Positions 1 through 9,427 of a stretch of DNA of 64,000 bases are shown here, piece after piece; positions within the stretch are counted from its first letter, which is position 1; each line of letters begins with the position of its first letter. Position numbers and translations under genes: made by a program. The DNA is from Candidatus Latescibacterota bacterium. Its GTDB lineage: Bacteria > Latescibacterota > UBA2968. The notes beneath the pieces are model-generated. The model was given only the letters and a program-made list of their open reading frames with translations. It had not been told where the DNA came from and ran no database searches. The DNA is taken from assembly GCA_965208125.1 (NCBI GenBank), contig OZ242320.1, positions 4,288,001 through 4,352,000 of the forward strand, in the 5' to 3' direction.

Positions 1-462
1 TGCGACATAAATATCATTTTTGTACCTGGTTCGCGCCCATAGTAAAGCCAGCAAAGTTCGCTCTGTTTCAGGCGTGAGTCGATTTGGCATCTGTGTACTT
101 TTAGACCCAAACCAATTGTAGAATGTAATCAGCCTTGGATTGCGCCACAGGCTGTAGAGACTCTGCCCGGGCTGTATGCCTTTCTCCTCACATTCTGCGA
201 GGTTTGCCAGTTCGATTTGAAAATCTATTGTCAATTCTTTGTTGACTTCGTTTAGATTTTGGTTGAGCCACATTTGATCAAACATCTGACGGTCTTTGCC
301 CGAAAAATCTGATTTTGCGCCTGCTTCAAAGGCTTGTTGAATGCGTTGGAGGCGCGTTTCCAATTCTTCTGCCATCAATTCGGTGATACGCTTGTCGATG
401 GGTGAATCACCAAATTCCAGAAGGGATCGAAACCAACTGTTTTTAGCATCTGCTTCGGGCAT
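1..462 (-). CDS. Hypothetical protein, 5' part (runs off window start)
   Basis: Manual translation is open from ATG at 462 (MPEADAKNSWFRSLLEFG...RLTPETERTLLALLWARTRYKND) to base 1; GGAGGTG RBS upstream. Absent from the ORF track because it has no stop in the window. Confidence 0.75.
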   Translation of the reverse strand, partial: MPEADAKNSWFRSLLEFGDSPIDKRITELMAEELETRLQRIQQAFEAGAKSDFSGKDRQMFDQMWLNQNLNEVNKELTIDFQIELANLAECEEKGIQPGQSLYSLWRNPRLITFYNWFGSKSTQMPNRLTPETERTLLALLWARTRYKNDIYVA

Positions 463-511
463 ATTATTGCTTCACCTCCAATGGAGCCACAAGAAGGTAT
501 CTCATTTGCGC

Positions 512-2746
512 TCACGCTGAGCAGTCCCCGGCGTCTGTTGTACCGGTATCAAATGCCCATCCGTCCCACATGTTGTCAGCGGTCGCTGGCACATCCTCTC
601 GAAAGTTTCGGGTATCGACCCACCACTGACGGTTTGGCGCTGGTCCATGCGACAGGTTAAAATATGGCGTCATACCATCTCGTTGATACTCACAAGGAAC
701 AACGAGACGCACGACAGGTCGATCGCGCTCAGCAGAGCGATTGACACCTCCTCCGTGAACAAGGCGAGGATGCCAGAAAACAACGTCCCCTGCTTTGCCG
801 GAAAACTCCACTGGCGCAATCTCTCTCAGCACATTGTCACGGGCTTTGCTATATGGCTCTGCGAGGTCGGGGTCAAGGGGACCGTAAACAGTAGTGTGAT
901 ACAGGTGACTCATGTAATGTGACCCCGGCCAGATTGTGAAGCCACCAGAGTGCGGAGGCACCGTATCTACAAAAACCATTGCAGATAATTGAGCCGCTGT
1001 ATGGTCTCCATGGGGGGCCAAACGACTTTCTGAATTTGGTGGTTTTGGAAATATACAATAGACCCCTCGCACCCGGTTTGAACGTTTAACCGGGTCGCCG
1101 ATAAACAATGAAACCAACTGCCGCATACGTGGGTGGTTGGCGATCTTATCGACAAAAAAAGGCTCTGTACCAATTTTACGCGAGCGCATTTTCCATGTGC
1201 CGCGCGTAAATTGCCCTGCCTTTTCGGCATCCACCTCTGTCCACTGCCCGTGTGGCGCATCAAACCACGTTTGCACATCGTCGCGTTTGACAATCTCACG
1301 CGGCACATTTTCCCACACATAATCCACGATCCGGTCAAACGTCTCCTTCTCTTTCAGAAACCCGCGTTTCACAAGAAAACCATTCTCTTTGAAAAACGCG
1401 ACTTCGGCTTCACTGAGGGTTGGGTCTCCATTCACAAATTCTGGATCGGGCAAGAGGGCGGGGTCTCCGTTCGCAAATTCTGGATTGACCAATACCTGGG
1501 GATCACGGATGACGACGTCTTCGGAAATTCTGAGCGCGTGTAAACCGCTTCCTTCAAATGGCGGCACCAAAAGATTGTAGATTTGTTGCGCTTTCTCTTT
1601 CTGATTCATGCAGGCCAATTCGGCTTTCACAGGCTCAAAATCCATATTTAAATAAAGGTAAGCAGCGAGCCTCAGACATCTAAATGCGGGCTCCCCAGAA
1701 AAGGGTTGAATCTGTGGAAGTGTCCACTCGCGATCGCCCATCCAGTAGGGATAAAGCCAATCAAAGGCGCGTCGCATGGATCGCCCATCGGTAGATTCAT
1801 AATTGGCGAGATCAATACCCCACTGTCGGCCAATCTCAGCGAGTTCTAAAAGAAGCTCCAAATTCATACTCGCGTATCCAAGTGCCTTTGTGCGTGCGAG
1901 TTCCAGAGGCTGTTGACCATCTGGCTCAATCTGATTGGCAATCCTTCTTTCTCCCACCCCTTTTAATATCATTTGCGCAAGATCTGATTGCCCTACAAAA
2001 AGCGCGAATGTCACAACCTGAACATCATAAGAACTCGAATGGTTATTGCCGTGACGCGCTTCGTCAACCCCATAAGGATGCTTCAACATCCATTCGAGAA
2101 ACGCGTGAAACCAGGCTTGCAAATCTTCCATATCTTTTTGGGACCAGTTCCTGGAGTCGCGCAAAAAACTGACCGCAGGGAGCATCTCGCGTGCAAATGC
2201 AGCCGTCTCAATCAGCCCGATACCTCGCCCTTCGCATATCCCGGGTATGGCCTGCCCAAACAAAAGGTTTGGGTTCATCCTGGTTTCGGGATTCATAAAC
2301 CATGTTCGCAACAACAATGCAGCATGCGCCGCGTAGTCTTCTCGCTGTGTAAAACCATACGCAAACCCCAGCGTTTTCACCGTTGAAATGAATTTTGCCA
2401 ACAAAGGGCGGTCCGTTTTCTCGACCTCGGGATTGACCTCGCCATCTCGTCGGATATAAGGCAAACCGTCAGGCTTATCGGGGTCTGGCCACCAGTAAGG
2501 CCCAACACTCATGTAATCGTGTTTGTCACTACTGGCAGGCAAGATCGGTTTGTTCACAATGGTCAGCGGTTCCTGCTTCAAAGCGGCATCCGCTTTCACA
2601 AGCAGGGCTTTAAGGGCTTGCCCACACGGGTTATCTTCCCGTTTGCTCAACGAGCGCGCCCGCTTGATGTAATCGGGATCTACTGTAAATATGGGTTCAG
2701 CAGGTGAAAACGCCTTGAGCAGATCAGCTTCTTTGTCCGGATACAT
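512..2746 (-). CDS. Fusion: alginate lyase (PL5/Alginate_lyase-like) + PhyH-type Fe(II)/2OG dioxygenase
   Basis: N-half has DKHDYMSVGPYWWPDP..GLPYIRRDGEVNPE, NNH, QIEPDGQQPLEL. C-half has LSEAEVAFFKENGFLV, PHGDH, GGFTIWPGSH, GDVVFWHPRLVH. RBS ACAGGAG. Confidence 0.85.
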   Translation of the reverse strand: MYPDKEADLLKAFSPAEPIFTVDPDYIKRARSLSKREDNPCGQALKALLVKADAALKQEPLTIVNKPILPASSDKHDYMSVGPYWWPDPDKPDGLPYIRRDGEVNPEVEKTDRPLLAKFISTVKTLGFAYGFTQREDYAAHAALLLRTWFMNPETRMNPNLLFGQAIPGICEGRGIGLIETAAFAREMLPAVSFLRDSRNWSQKDMEDLQAWFHAFLEWMLKHPYGVDEARHGNNHSSSYDVQVVTFALFVGQSDLAQMILKGVGERRIANQIEPDGQQPLELARTKALGYASMNLELLLELAEIGRQWGIDLANYESTDGRSMRRAFDWLYPYWMGDREWTLPQIQPFSGEPAFRCLRLAAYLYLNMDFEPVKAELACMNQKEKAQQIYNLLVPPFEGSGLHALRISEDVVIRDPQVLVNPEFANGDPALLPDPEFVNGDPTLSEAEVAFFKENGFLVKRGFLKEKETFDRIVDYVWENVPREIVKRDDVQTWFDAPHGQWTEVDAEKAGQFTRGTWKMRSRKIGTEPFFVDKIANHPRMRQLVSLFIGDPVKRSNRVRGVYCIFPKPPNSESRLAPHGDHTAAQLSAMVFVDTVPPHSGGFTIWPGSHYMSHLYHTTVYGPLDPDLAEPYSKARDNVLREIAPVEFSGKAGDVVFWHPRLVHGGGVNRSAERDRPVVRLVVPCEYQRDGMTPYFNLSHGPAPNRQWWVDTRNFREDVPATADNMWDGWAFDTGTTDAGDCSA
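1422..1499. repeat. 39-bp imperfect tandem repeat (2 copies) in the fusion linker
   Basis: gggtctccattcacaaattctggatc... at 1422 and gggtctccgttcgcaaattctggatt... at 1461; encodes NPEFANGDP / DPEFVNGDP. Confidence 0.85.
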
Positions 2747-2770
2747 GTGAATACTCCTGTTTTAAGTTGG

Positions 2771-4702
2771 TTATTGTAAATCGATTTCCAGTTGCAAATA
2801 ATCGTACATAACGCCAAAGTGAGGGTAGTTCTGTCGTTGCCCACGGTGTTGTTTCCGGGGGAGGAGGTCGAGCGTCAACACGTTCTCTCCTGTGCGCAAC
2901 AGCGACGCATCAAATGTAATAAAGTACTCGCTGAAGCGCCCGTAGATGCCACTGCGGGGAAGCGCGCTGTCGTTCTCCAAACCGGTAATTTTATCCAGAG
3001 ATTTGCCATTGAGGCCGATAGCGATTCCCCCATCGCGATTTACCGACGCCAGGGCGATTGTGAGGGTCGCACGTCCGGACACTGGCTCATCGCATTGAAA
3101 TCGGATCTTCCAGGTAGGCAGTCGCCAGTTGCCCTCTCCTGTCCGATCAGCAGGCTGTATGCGGGGTTGCCATCCGCCTTTTTCTTCCCAAATTGCCATC
3201 TGTGCATAATTCCAGTCGCTTCGCTCTTTACTCTTGCCGATCGCGAAATCGACGTCTTCGGGAAAATCCTTCTGGTAATTGAACCATAGCCCCCAGTGGC
3301 GATGGTCATCTCCGCGTCGAAATTCAGCAGCGGTTCGGTCTGGTTTTCCGACACGCCAGAGCAACTTGCCGAAAGAGCGGGGTGACCACTGCAGACTGCC
3401 GAGTTTGACTTCGCCGGTTGCGTCGATCGTGACGTCATCTTTTCTAAACTCACCAATCATGTCAGGGGCAAACGCATAAAGCGTATATCTTCCTTTTCGG
3501 ACAGCCGGTATTGCAAAGGAACCATCAGCCGCCATCCTGGCGCGGTAGATGTAGTTCTCTGCGCCTTGCTGCTGCCAGTCCAGCCCTCGATGTTCCCGGG
3601 GCCGCGCCAGAACGACCCATCCATTGCTGTGGTGTGTCAGACCCGTATCTTTGAATCTTCCCGTAACCAAAGCCCTGTCGATCGGGTACTCCGGATGTTC
3701 CAGCCAACTGTAGGGCCAGTGCTTTCGATGTTTTTCACCCTCGCGCTTTGCATCATGCCACAAATGCCGGGCATCTTCACCTTTGTTCATATAGACAAAT
3801 ACCGGCCCGAAGACCTTTTCCCATTTACCGCTGACATAATCCCCTCTGCTGCCGTAGTGGTGAGAATAAAGCAGTTTCAGGATGATCGGCCCCCGATCAG
3901 TCGCGTGGCTGGTATTGTGTTGTTTTGTCGGACCGCCGCAGAGGTATTCATTGCTCGGCGTGACCATCCACACGCCCTGCTTTCCATTGTGCAAACCGTG
4001 TACAAGAGCCTCCTCAGTTGGAGATGACCAGTTATACTTTGTATCCACTTCTCCCGATTGAAGCGCATGTGTGGCATCCATTACCATGCCCTTTGCGCTG
4101 GATATTGCCTTGCTATCCGGAATCACACCAGAGAGCTTGTCATTGACCCTGATATTCACCATCGAATCGTTTAGGCGCATCCCAAAACGAAGCTGTGTCA
4201 GTACGGCGTCGCCCGTATCCCCGGGTTTGCTGGCTACAACATAATAATAGAACCCCGAATCACCCGCTCTCAGGACATAATGGAGCTCCATCGTGAACGG
4301 GAAACCTGCGGGTTGTTTGGGGGTGAATGAGATATCGACCATTTCCGGGTTATTGACGTGGAAGTTAAACTCGGGGTTTTGGTCGCGCAAAAATTTTGCC
4401 CTCACGTTCGACTCTTTGCCCGCCATATAGTTTGTATCCGAATCATCGACATAACTGGCCAGGATGGTGAAATATCCGAACTGTTTGGGAGATAGGAGAG
4501 AGTCTCCCTGATGTTCCAGCGAGATAATCCGCCCCGTAGATTTTTGGATCGCCATCGAGACGGAACTGTTTTTAAGGATGATTCTATTGCCAGATTCAAC
4601 AAGCATCGAAGCCTCTGCGAAAACGGGCGTGCTGATCATACACTGGATGGATACAAGCAGAATGCACGCCATGAATCCGCCCAATCCAATCTTTTTGAAC
4701 AT
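2771..4702 (-). CDS. Rhamnogalacturonan lyase (PL4-like), secreted
   Basis: Signal-like N-terminus MFKKIGLGGFMACILLV...AEA; motifs SGFYYY, KYNWS, SNEYLCGGPTKQ, HYG, WEKVFGP, WRVGKPDRTAAEF, MYDYLQLE. Confidence 0.8.
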   Translation of the reverse strand: MFKKIGLGGFMACILLVSIQCMISTPVFAEASMLVESGNRIILKNSSVSMAIQKSTGRIISLEHQGDSLLSPKQFGYFTILASYVDDSDTNYMAGKESNVRAKFLRDQNPEFNFHVNNPEMVDISFTPKQPAGFPFTMELHYVLRAGDSGFYYYVVASKPGDTGDAVLTQLRFGMRLNDSMVNIRVNDKLSGVIPDSKAISSAKGMVMDATHALQSGEVDTKYNWSSPTEEALVHGLHNGKQGVWMVTPSNEYLCGGPTKQHNTSHATDRGPIILKLLYSHHYGSRGDYVSGKWEKVFGPVFVYMNKGEDARHLWHDAKREGEKHRKHWPYSWLEHPEYPIDRALVTGRFKDTGLTHHSNGWVVLARPREHRGLDWQQQGAENYIYRARMAADGSFAIPAVRKGRYTLYAFAPDMIGEFRKDDVTIDATGEVKLGSLQWSPRSFGKLLWRVGKPDRTAAEFRRGDDHRHWGLWFNYQKDFPEDVDFAIGKSKERSDWNYAQMAIWEEKGGWQPRIQPADRTGEGNWRLPTWKIRFQCDEPVSGRATLTIALASVNRDGGIAIGLNGKSLDKITGLENDSALPRSGIYGRFSEYFITFDASLLRTGENVLTLDLLPRKQHRGQRQNYPHFGVMYDYLQLEIDLQ

Positions 4703-4822
4703 TTTGTGTTTTGCTATGAGGCGTTGCACAATGAAATGTCTTGATTGAGGTCCATTTTTGTATGTACTATACGCAGTAGTTTCTACACTTACACTCAACT
4801 CGAAACAATGGGAAGAATACAT

Positions 4823-6232
4823 ATGACACAAGAACGACCACACATACTCATTCTCACGGCGGACCAGCTACGGGCGGATTCCATGGGCTGCGCCGGTCAT
4901 CCGCGGGTCAAAACGCCAGTCATCGACTCGCTTGCCAACGACGGCATGCGGTTCAGTAATTGCCACACTGTGTCGCCGGTTTGTCAGCCGTCGCGGGTGT
5001 CGTTCATCACTGGCACCTACCCTCACAACCACGGCATCTGGTACAACCGCGGCGAACTGCCTATCAATTACCCGACGCTGTTCTCCCAATTGCGAGATGC
5101 TGGCTACCACACGGCAACCGTCGGCAAGTCGCACCTCTGGAGCCACAAGAAGGTGTCTCATTTGCGCGAAGGCGAGCCGTATATGCAAGCGCTCGGTTTT
5201 GACGTCATCGACGAGCTCGGAGGACCGCGGGGGAGTCTCAATTCGGATTCGTACTTCACCGACTACCTGCGCGAGAAAGATCTGTTCGAGCTCTTCGTCA
5301 GCGACACGCGCGAACGGGTTCGCGATCCAAAGCTCGTCAAACCAGCGGCATTTGAGGAGGACGATCACATGGACGGATACGTGGGCAGACGCTCGGTCGA
5401 GTTCGTCGATTCTGCGCCCGGGGACCGTCCGACCTGTCTGTTCGTCAACTTCCCAGGACCACATGACCCGTGGGACGCGCCGGGGAAGTACGCCACTATG
5501 TATGATCCGTCCGATTCGCCGCCCGCCATCGGCGTGCCACCACGCCCCGCCACGCTCCCCGAAGAAGTCGCTCAGAAGGAGGACTTCAAGACGGAGCCGG
5601 GCTTGACCACCGAAATCGCCGCTGCGATCCGGGCAAACTACGATGGCAAGATCACATTCGTCGATCACTGGTGCGGTGAGATCCTTGCGGCGTATGAACG
5701 ACGCGGCTGGCTCGATGATCTCTGCGTCGTATTCTGGTCCGATCACGGCGAAATGTCCGGCGATCACGGCAGGGTGTTCAAACGCACCTTTCACGAATCT
5801 GCGTTGCGGGTCCCCCTGATCCTGCGCTGGCCCGGACGGATACCGTCCGGTACTGTCTGCGATGCGCTGGTGGAGACCATCGACGTCGGCCCTGCCTTGC
5901 TGGAAGCCCTGGGGCTCGACCAGTTGCAGATGTCCCTTGGGCAGTCGCTGGGGCATCTGTTCGCAGAGCCGACCGCGCACCATCGCACCGAGGTATTGTC
6001 AGAGATTTTCTACGGTGGTTCGCGCAATACGATGGTGAAAACCAACCGCTACAAGTACGTCATAGATCAGCACGGCATGGGGTACATGCTGTACGATATG
6101 CAGCAGGACCCGGATGAGCAGCAAAATCTGATCGGCGATCCCGAGCATCGGGATACGGAGAACGAATTGCGGGACACGCTGCTTCGCCGCCTCGCGGCCA
6201 GTGCATTTGTCATGGACAGCGTGAACCTGTGA
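4823..6232 (+). CDS. Sulfatase (formylglycine-dependent S1)
   Basis: RPHILILTADQLR, CQPSR (CxPxR), GKSH, PHDP, SDHG, K/H motif. Confidence 0.92.
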   Translation: MTQERPHILILTADQLRADSMGCAGHPRVKTPVIDSLANDGMRFSNCHTVSPVCQPSRVSFITGTYPHNHGIWYNRGELPINYPTLFSQLRDAGYHTATVGKSHLWSHKKVSHLREGEPYMQALGFDVIDELGGPRGSLNSDSYFTDYLREKDLFELFVSDTRERVRDPKLVKPAAFEEDDHMDGYVGRRSVEFVDSAPGDRPTCLFVNFPGPHDPWDAPGKYATMYDPSDSPPAIGVPPRPATLPEEVAQKEDFKTEPGLTTEIAAAIRANYDGKITFVDHWCGEILAAYERRGWLDDLCVVFWSDHGEMSGDHGRVFKRTFHESALRVPLILRWPGRIPSGTVCDALVETIDVGPALLEALGLDQLQMSLGQSLGHLFAEPTAHHRTEVLSEIFYGGSRNTMVKTNRYKYVIDQHGMGYMLYDMQQDPDEQQNLIGDPEHRDTENELRDTLLRRLAASAFVMDSVNL

Positions 6233-6256
6233 AAACAGCCTCCGAGACCGGCACGT

Positions 6257-7183
6257 CTAATTAGCAACGACTCTCTGATCAGAAGTCCGCGTTTCGCTTT
6301 TTTCATCCCCAAAAGCCGCATTGTCTTCGTCATAATACCTGTTGTATCGTATGTTATTCCCTCCGCTTACCCACACGGCGCGAAACAGCGTTTGCCGTTT
6401 TGGCGGCATTGTAGCAATCACTTCTTTGGGTACGCTGCGACCTCCCCACCTGCTATTTACGGCATTGTAGAGGTGAAATAAGCTCAACCGCTGGCGATTC
6501 TCGTTTGTCCACCGAGTACCGGTATGGCATAGTGCTTCTGTGAAGATCAGCGCAGAACCTGCAGGACATGTATATGTGTCCCAAATTTCGCTCTCGCGGT
6601 TGCTCAATGACTCAGGTCGTTTAAATGCTGCCTTGTGGCTACCAGAAGCCAGCATGGTGCCCCCGTCACCCGGCTTGATCTCATTCAATTCCCAAACCAC
6701 GCGTGTCAATCCTGAATGCACCTTGCCTGGAAGCATCTGATAGATGTGTGAATTTCCGATGAGATTGAAATAGCCGCTGCCCCCGTGAGGCTTGAATTGA
6801 TCGTATCCCGCCTCGCGATAGTCAGTGCGTGTGCGCTCAAATGTAAACCCATAACAGTCCTCGGTTGCCAACTGCTGACTTGCAACAATCTCATTCAAAA
6901 TCCCGACAATCACGGGATGATCCAGCAGTGCTTGAGAAGGGCCTCCTACAGGATTCCGTTCTTCTGGCGGAAGCGACTCAGGCTCCTTAACGAGCTTCAT
7001 CTGGTGTTCGTGAATCTCTGCCAACTGATCGCCTTCAACTAATCCCGGCAGGCAAATCCAGCCCTTCATATCAAACAGGTACTTGTGCTCTTCGGTCATG
7101 GGAATGACCGGGAGCCCATCGGCATTGGTTGTCGGTAACATTTTGCCCACATCAGGCTCCAGGTTTGGACGTCCTCGATTCAT
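6257..7183 (-). CDS. Phytanoyl-CoA dioxygenase (PhyH) family protein
   Basis: MTEEHKYLFDMKGW, PHGG, DGGTMLASGSHK, AGSALIFTEALCHTG; RBS AAGGAG. Confidence 0.85.
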   Translation of the reverse strand: MNRGRPNLEPDVGKMLPTTNADGLPVIPMTEEHKYLFDMKGWICLPGLVEGDQLAEIHEHQMKLVKEPESLPPEERNPVGGPSQALLDHPVIVGILNEIVASQQLATEDCYGFTFERTRTDYREAGYDQFKPHGGSGYFNLIGNSHIYQMLPGKVHSGLTRVVWELNEIKPGDGGTMLASGSHKAAFKRPESLSNRESEIWDTYTCPAGSALIFTEALCHTGTRWTNENRQRLSLFHLYNAVNSRWGGRSVPKEVIATMPPKRQTLFRAVWVSGGNNIRYNRYYDEDNAAFGDEKSETRTSDQRVVAN

Positions 7184-7211
7184 AGCTAACTCCTTTCTGT
7201 CATTGCGGGAA

Positions 7212-8039
7212 TTATTTCCCTTTTGACGTATCTAACCAGCTGAGGCACACCCGTTGTCGAGTGGCGATTTCCTTTTTGTGGGTGTAGTGCGCCGTTTCGA
7301 GCAATTCGAGTGTTTCGGGTGCCAGCCGCTCTTTGACCACCTCAGGAATGGGACGGCCGGGCTGGCGGTGGTGTGGGCGGTAGCGCAACGTTAACACCCG
7401 GCGTTGGCGATCGACGGGTTTCCAGGGCAGGACCCCGTGGGTCAGGCATTCGGGTATAATGACCACATCCCCAGCTGAGGGCGTGATATTGATGACTCCC
7501 AACGGTACTTCTCCTTCGATGCGACCCTGGGAAAATAGCTGTGGTGGCCGGTCAAACTGGCTTTTGTGCGAACCCGGAAGCACGAGGAGCCCGCCATCAC
7601 CTGGATGTACATCGTCCAGGTAGGGAAACACCACAAAGTCGTCGCAATAGATACGGCCCTGGTGTATCTCGTAACGGGCGCTCTCAAAGCCGTAGTCGTC
7701 GCGGGCGCAGTGCAGCGGACTCGCCTCGGTGTGTCCGTCGGGATCGTCGACCATGAGGGTACCGCTGGCGAGCATAGGTTTGCCGTTTGTCAACTCCAGC
7801 ACGATGGGCCAGACTGCGGGCAAAAAGACCAGCTTTTCCAGCGCCCGGTCAAAGGCGAAGCCGTGAGCAAAGCCCTTGAGATTTTCTGATTGTCCGAAAT
7901 GCGGCGGCAGGTCTTCCGGTGCGCTGTCGATGTAGCGCCTGGCAGCCTCCGAAGCCGCATCCAGTTCCTCCGGAGTCAGGACGTTCTTCAGGTGCAGAAA
8001 ACCGCATAGATCAAAAAGATAGCGTTGTTCTTCGGTCAT
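7212..8039 (-). CDS. PhyH family dioxygenase
   Basis: MTEEQRYLFDLCGFL, PLH, DGGLLVLPGSHK, AGDVVIIPECLTHG. Confidence 0.87.
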   Translation of the reverse strand: MTEEQRYLFDLCGFLHLKNVLTPEELDAASEAARRYIDSAPEDLPPHFGQSENLKGFAHGFAFDRALEKLVFLPAVWPIVLELTNGKPMLASGTLMVDDPDGHTEASPLHCARDDYGFESARYEIHQGRIYCDDFVVFPYLDDVHPGDGGLLVLPGSHKSQFDRPPQLFSQGRIEGEVPLGVINITPSAGDVVIIPECLTHGVLPWKPVDRQRRVLTLRYRPHHRQPGRPIPEVVKERLAPETLELLETAHYTHKKEIATRQRVCLSWLDTSKGK

Positions 8040-8044
8040 TATCG

Positions 8045-8118
8045 TCAGCCTTGCCTTTCGTCAAAACAGTGAATTTGGACCCTTTAGAATCAAAGAAGCT
8101 ATTTTCCGTTGTTGTCAT
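8045..8118 (-). pseudogene. 5' stub of an alpha/beta hydrolase-like gene
   Basis: ATG at 8118 reads MTTTENSFFDSKG then, after a 1-nt shift, VQIHCFDERQG*. Resembles the FFDSxGVxIHYxDxGxG start of alpha/beta hydrolases. Confidence 0.45.
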
Positions 8119-8249
8119 AGTCCCACCGCGAACACTCACGCACCATCGGCAGTGGGCGAGATGTAAAATCATCTTTGAACAGTTTCTAAACTTTGTTAAG
8201 TTTTTGTTATGATCTTGCCCAGATCCCAACCCTATTGAGGCTTAAGTCT

Positions 8250-8327
8250 ATGACACCCATGGCGCGTTTGTCGTTTTGCATACCTGCAGATCAGCGAGTA
8301 GATTTCCAGGAGGCCTTCCATGGCTGA
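8250..8327 (+). pseudogene. 5' stub of a larger gene (MTPMARLSFCIPADQRVDFQEAF)
   Basis: GAGG RBS + ATG at 8250; its codons CAG GAG GCC provide the GGAGG RBS of the next gene. From recall, similar to the ARLSFWVPPERMAEFEAAY N-terminus of some sensor/propeller proteins (unverified). Confidence 0.45.
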
Positions 8328-9366
8328 TCCCGAAATCCTGGTGCTGGGCGGTCCCGAGCGCGATCTCTATCTGGCCGCGGCCGATCTGGAGCGCCTGGAT
8401 AGCTTTGCGAATTGGACATGGCTCCCCTGTGAAGCGGGTCAGGTCCAGCCCGGTCACCAGACCGAATTGTCGCGACGACTGGCGTCCGTCCAGGCCCTGG
8501 TCGTCTATTCGGGGGCGCCCCATATCGGCCCCGAACTCATGGAACAAGCCCCCGAGCTACGCCTCATCGGCGAATTGAACGGCGATCGTTTCGCCGAGCG
8601 CATCGACGTGGAGGCGGCCTGGCAACGGGATATCCGCGTTGTTGACACCACCAATGGTTCGTCCTACCCTGTCTCTGAGTGGGCCCTGGGCCTTATTCTC
8701 GTATCGTTGCGCAACGCCGGTTATTATCTGCGCCGCTACATGGAGGGAAATTGCCGCAAAACCCGCGACAACCCCAGCTTCCTGCGCGGCGAACTCACCG
8801 GCAAGACCGTGGGACTGATCGGCTGCGGCCATGCCGGCCGTCGCCTAATAGAATTGCTGCGCCCTTTCCGGGTCGCCATTCAGGTTTACGACCCCTACCT
8901 GCCTGGAACCATGGCCGAAGCCCTGGGCTTTCTCCTGACCTCACTCGAACAGGTCCTGTCGAGCTCCGATGCGATTGTCTGTCTGGCCCCGCAGACCCCC
9001 GGGACCCAGGGCATGATCGGTCGGGCAGAACTGGATCTGATCCCCTCGGGGGCTGTACTGGTCAACGTCTCCCGCGGTCCCATCATCGATTCGGTCGCCC
9101 TGGTCGAACGCCTCAAGCGCGGCGATATTATCGCTGGCCTCGATGTTTTCGACCCCGACCCTATCCCCGACGGCCACGAAATAACCGGGCTGGACAATGT
9201 ATTCCTTACGCCCCATATCGCCGGCGTCACCCGGGCCGCCTACTGGCGCTTTTTCGAGCTGATGGTGGACGAACTGGACCGCTTTTTCCACGGCTTTGAG
9301 CCCTATTTCGAATTGACCCAGCGCACCCTGGACGACCGCAGCGGCCGTCGCCCCGCCACTCATTAA
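8320..9366 (+). CDS. D-isomer-specific 2-hydroxyacid dehydrogenase
   Basis: GELTGKTVGLIGCGHAG, YDPY, NVSRG, GLDVFDPDP, LTPHIAG. Confidence 0.92.
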   Translation: MADPEILVLGGPERDLYLAAADLERLDSFANWTWLPCEAGQVQPGHQTELSRRLASVQALVVYSGAPHIGPELMEQAPELRLIGELNGDRFAERIDVEAAWQRDIRVVDTTNGSSYPVSEWALGLILVSLRNAGYYLRRYMEGNCRKTRDNPSFLRGELTGKTVGLIGCGHAGRRLIELLRPFRVAIQVYDPYLPGTMAEALGFLLTSLEQVLSSSDAIVCLAPQTPGTQGMIGRAELDLIPSGAVLVNVSRGPIIDSVALVERLKRGDIIAGLDVFDPDPIPDGHEITGLDNVFLTPHIAGVTRAAYWRFFELMVDELDRFFHGFEPYFELTQRTLDDRSGRRPATH

Positions 9367-9427
9367 AAAGAGGTCGGTTTAGTGATTACTCCCACCCTAA
9401 AGGACAAATATTTATGATCTTCATTTT

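Noticed and set aside
4868-5983. 371-aa antisense ORF and similar long shadow ORFs (13425-14294, 23909-24724, 33400-34263, 43958-44788, 57027-57881, 57418-58188)
   Set aside because: They lie wholly opposite well-supported genes, have no motifs, and are expected from codon bias.
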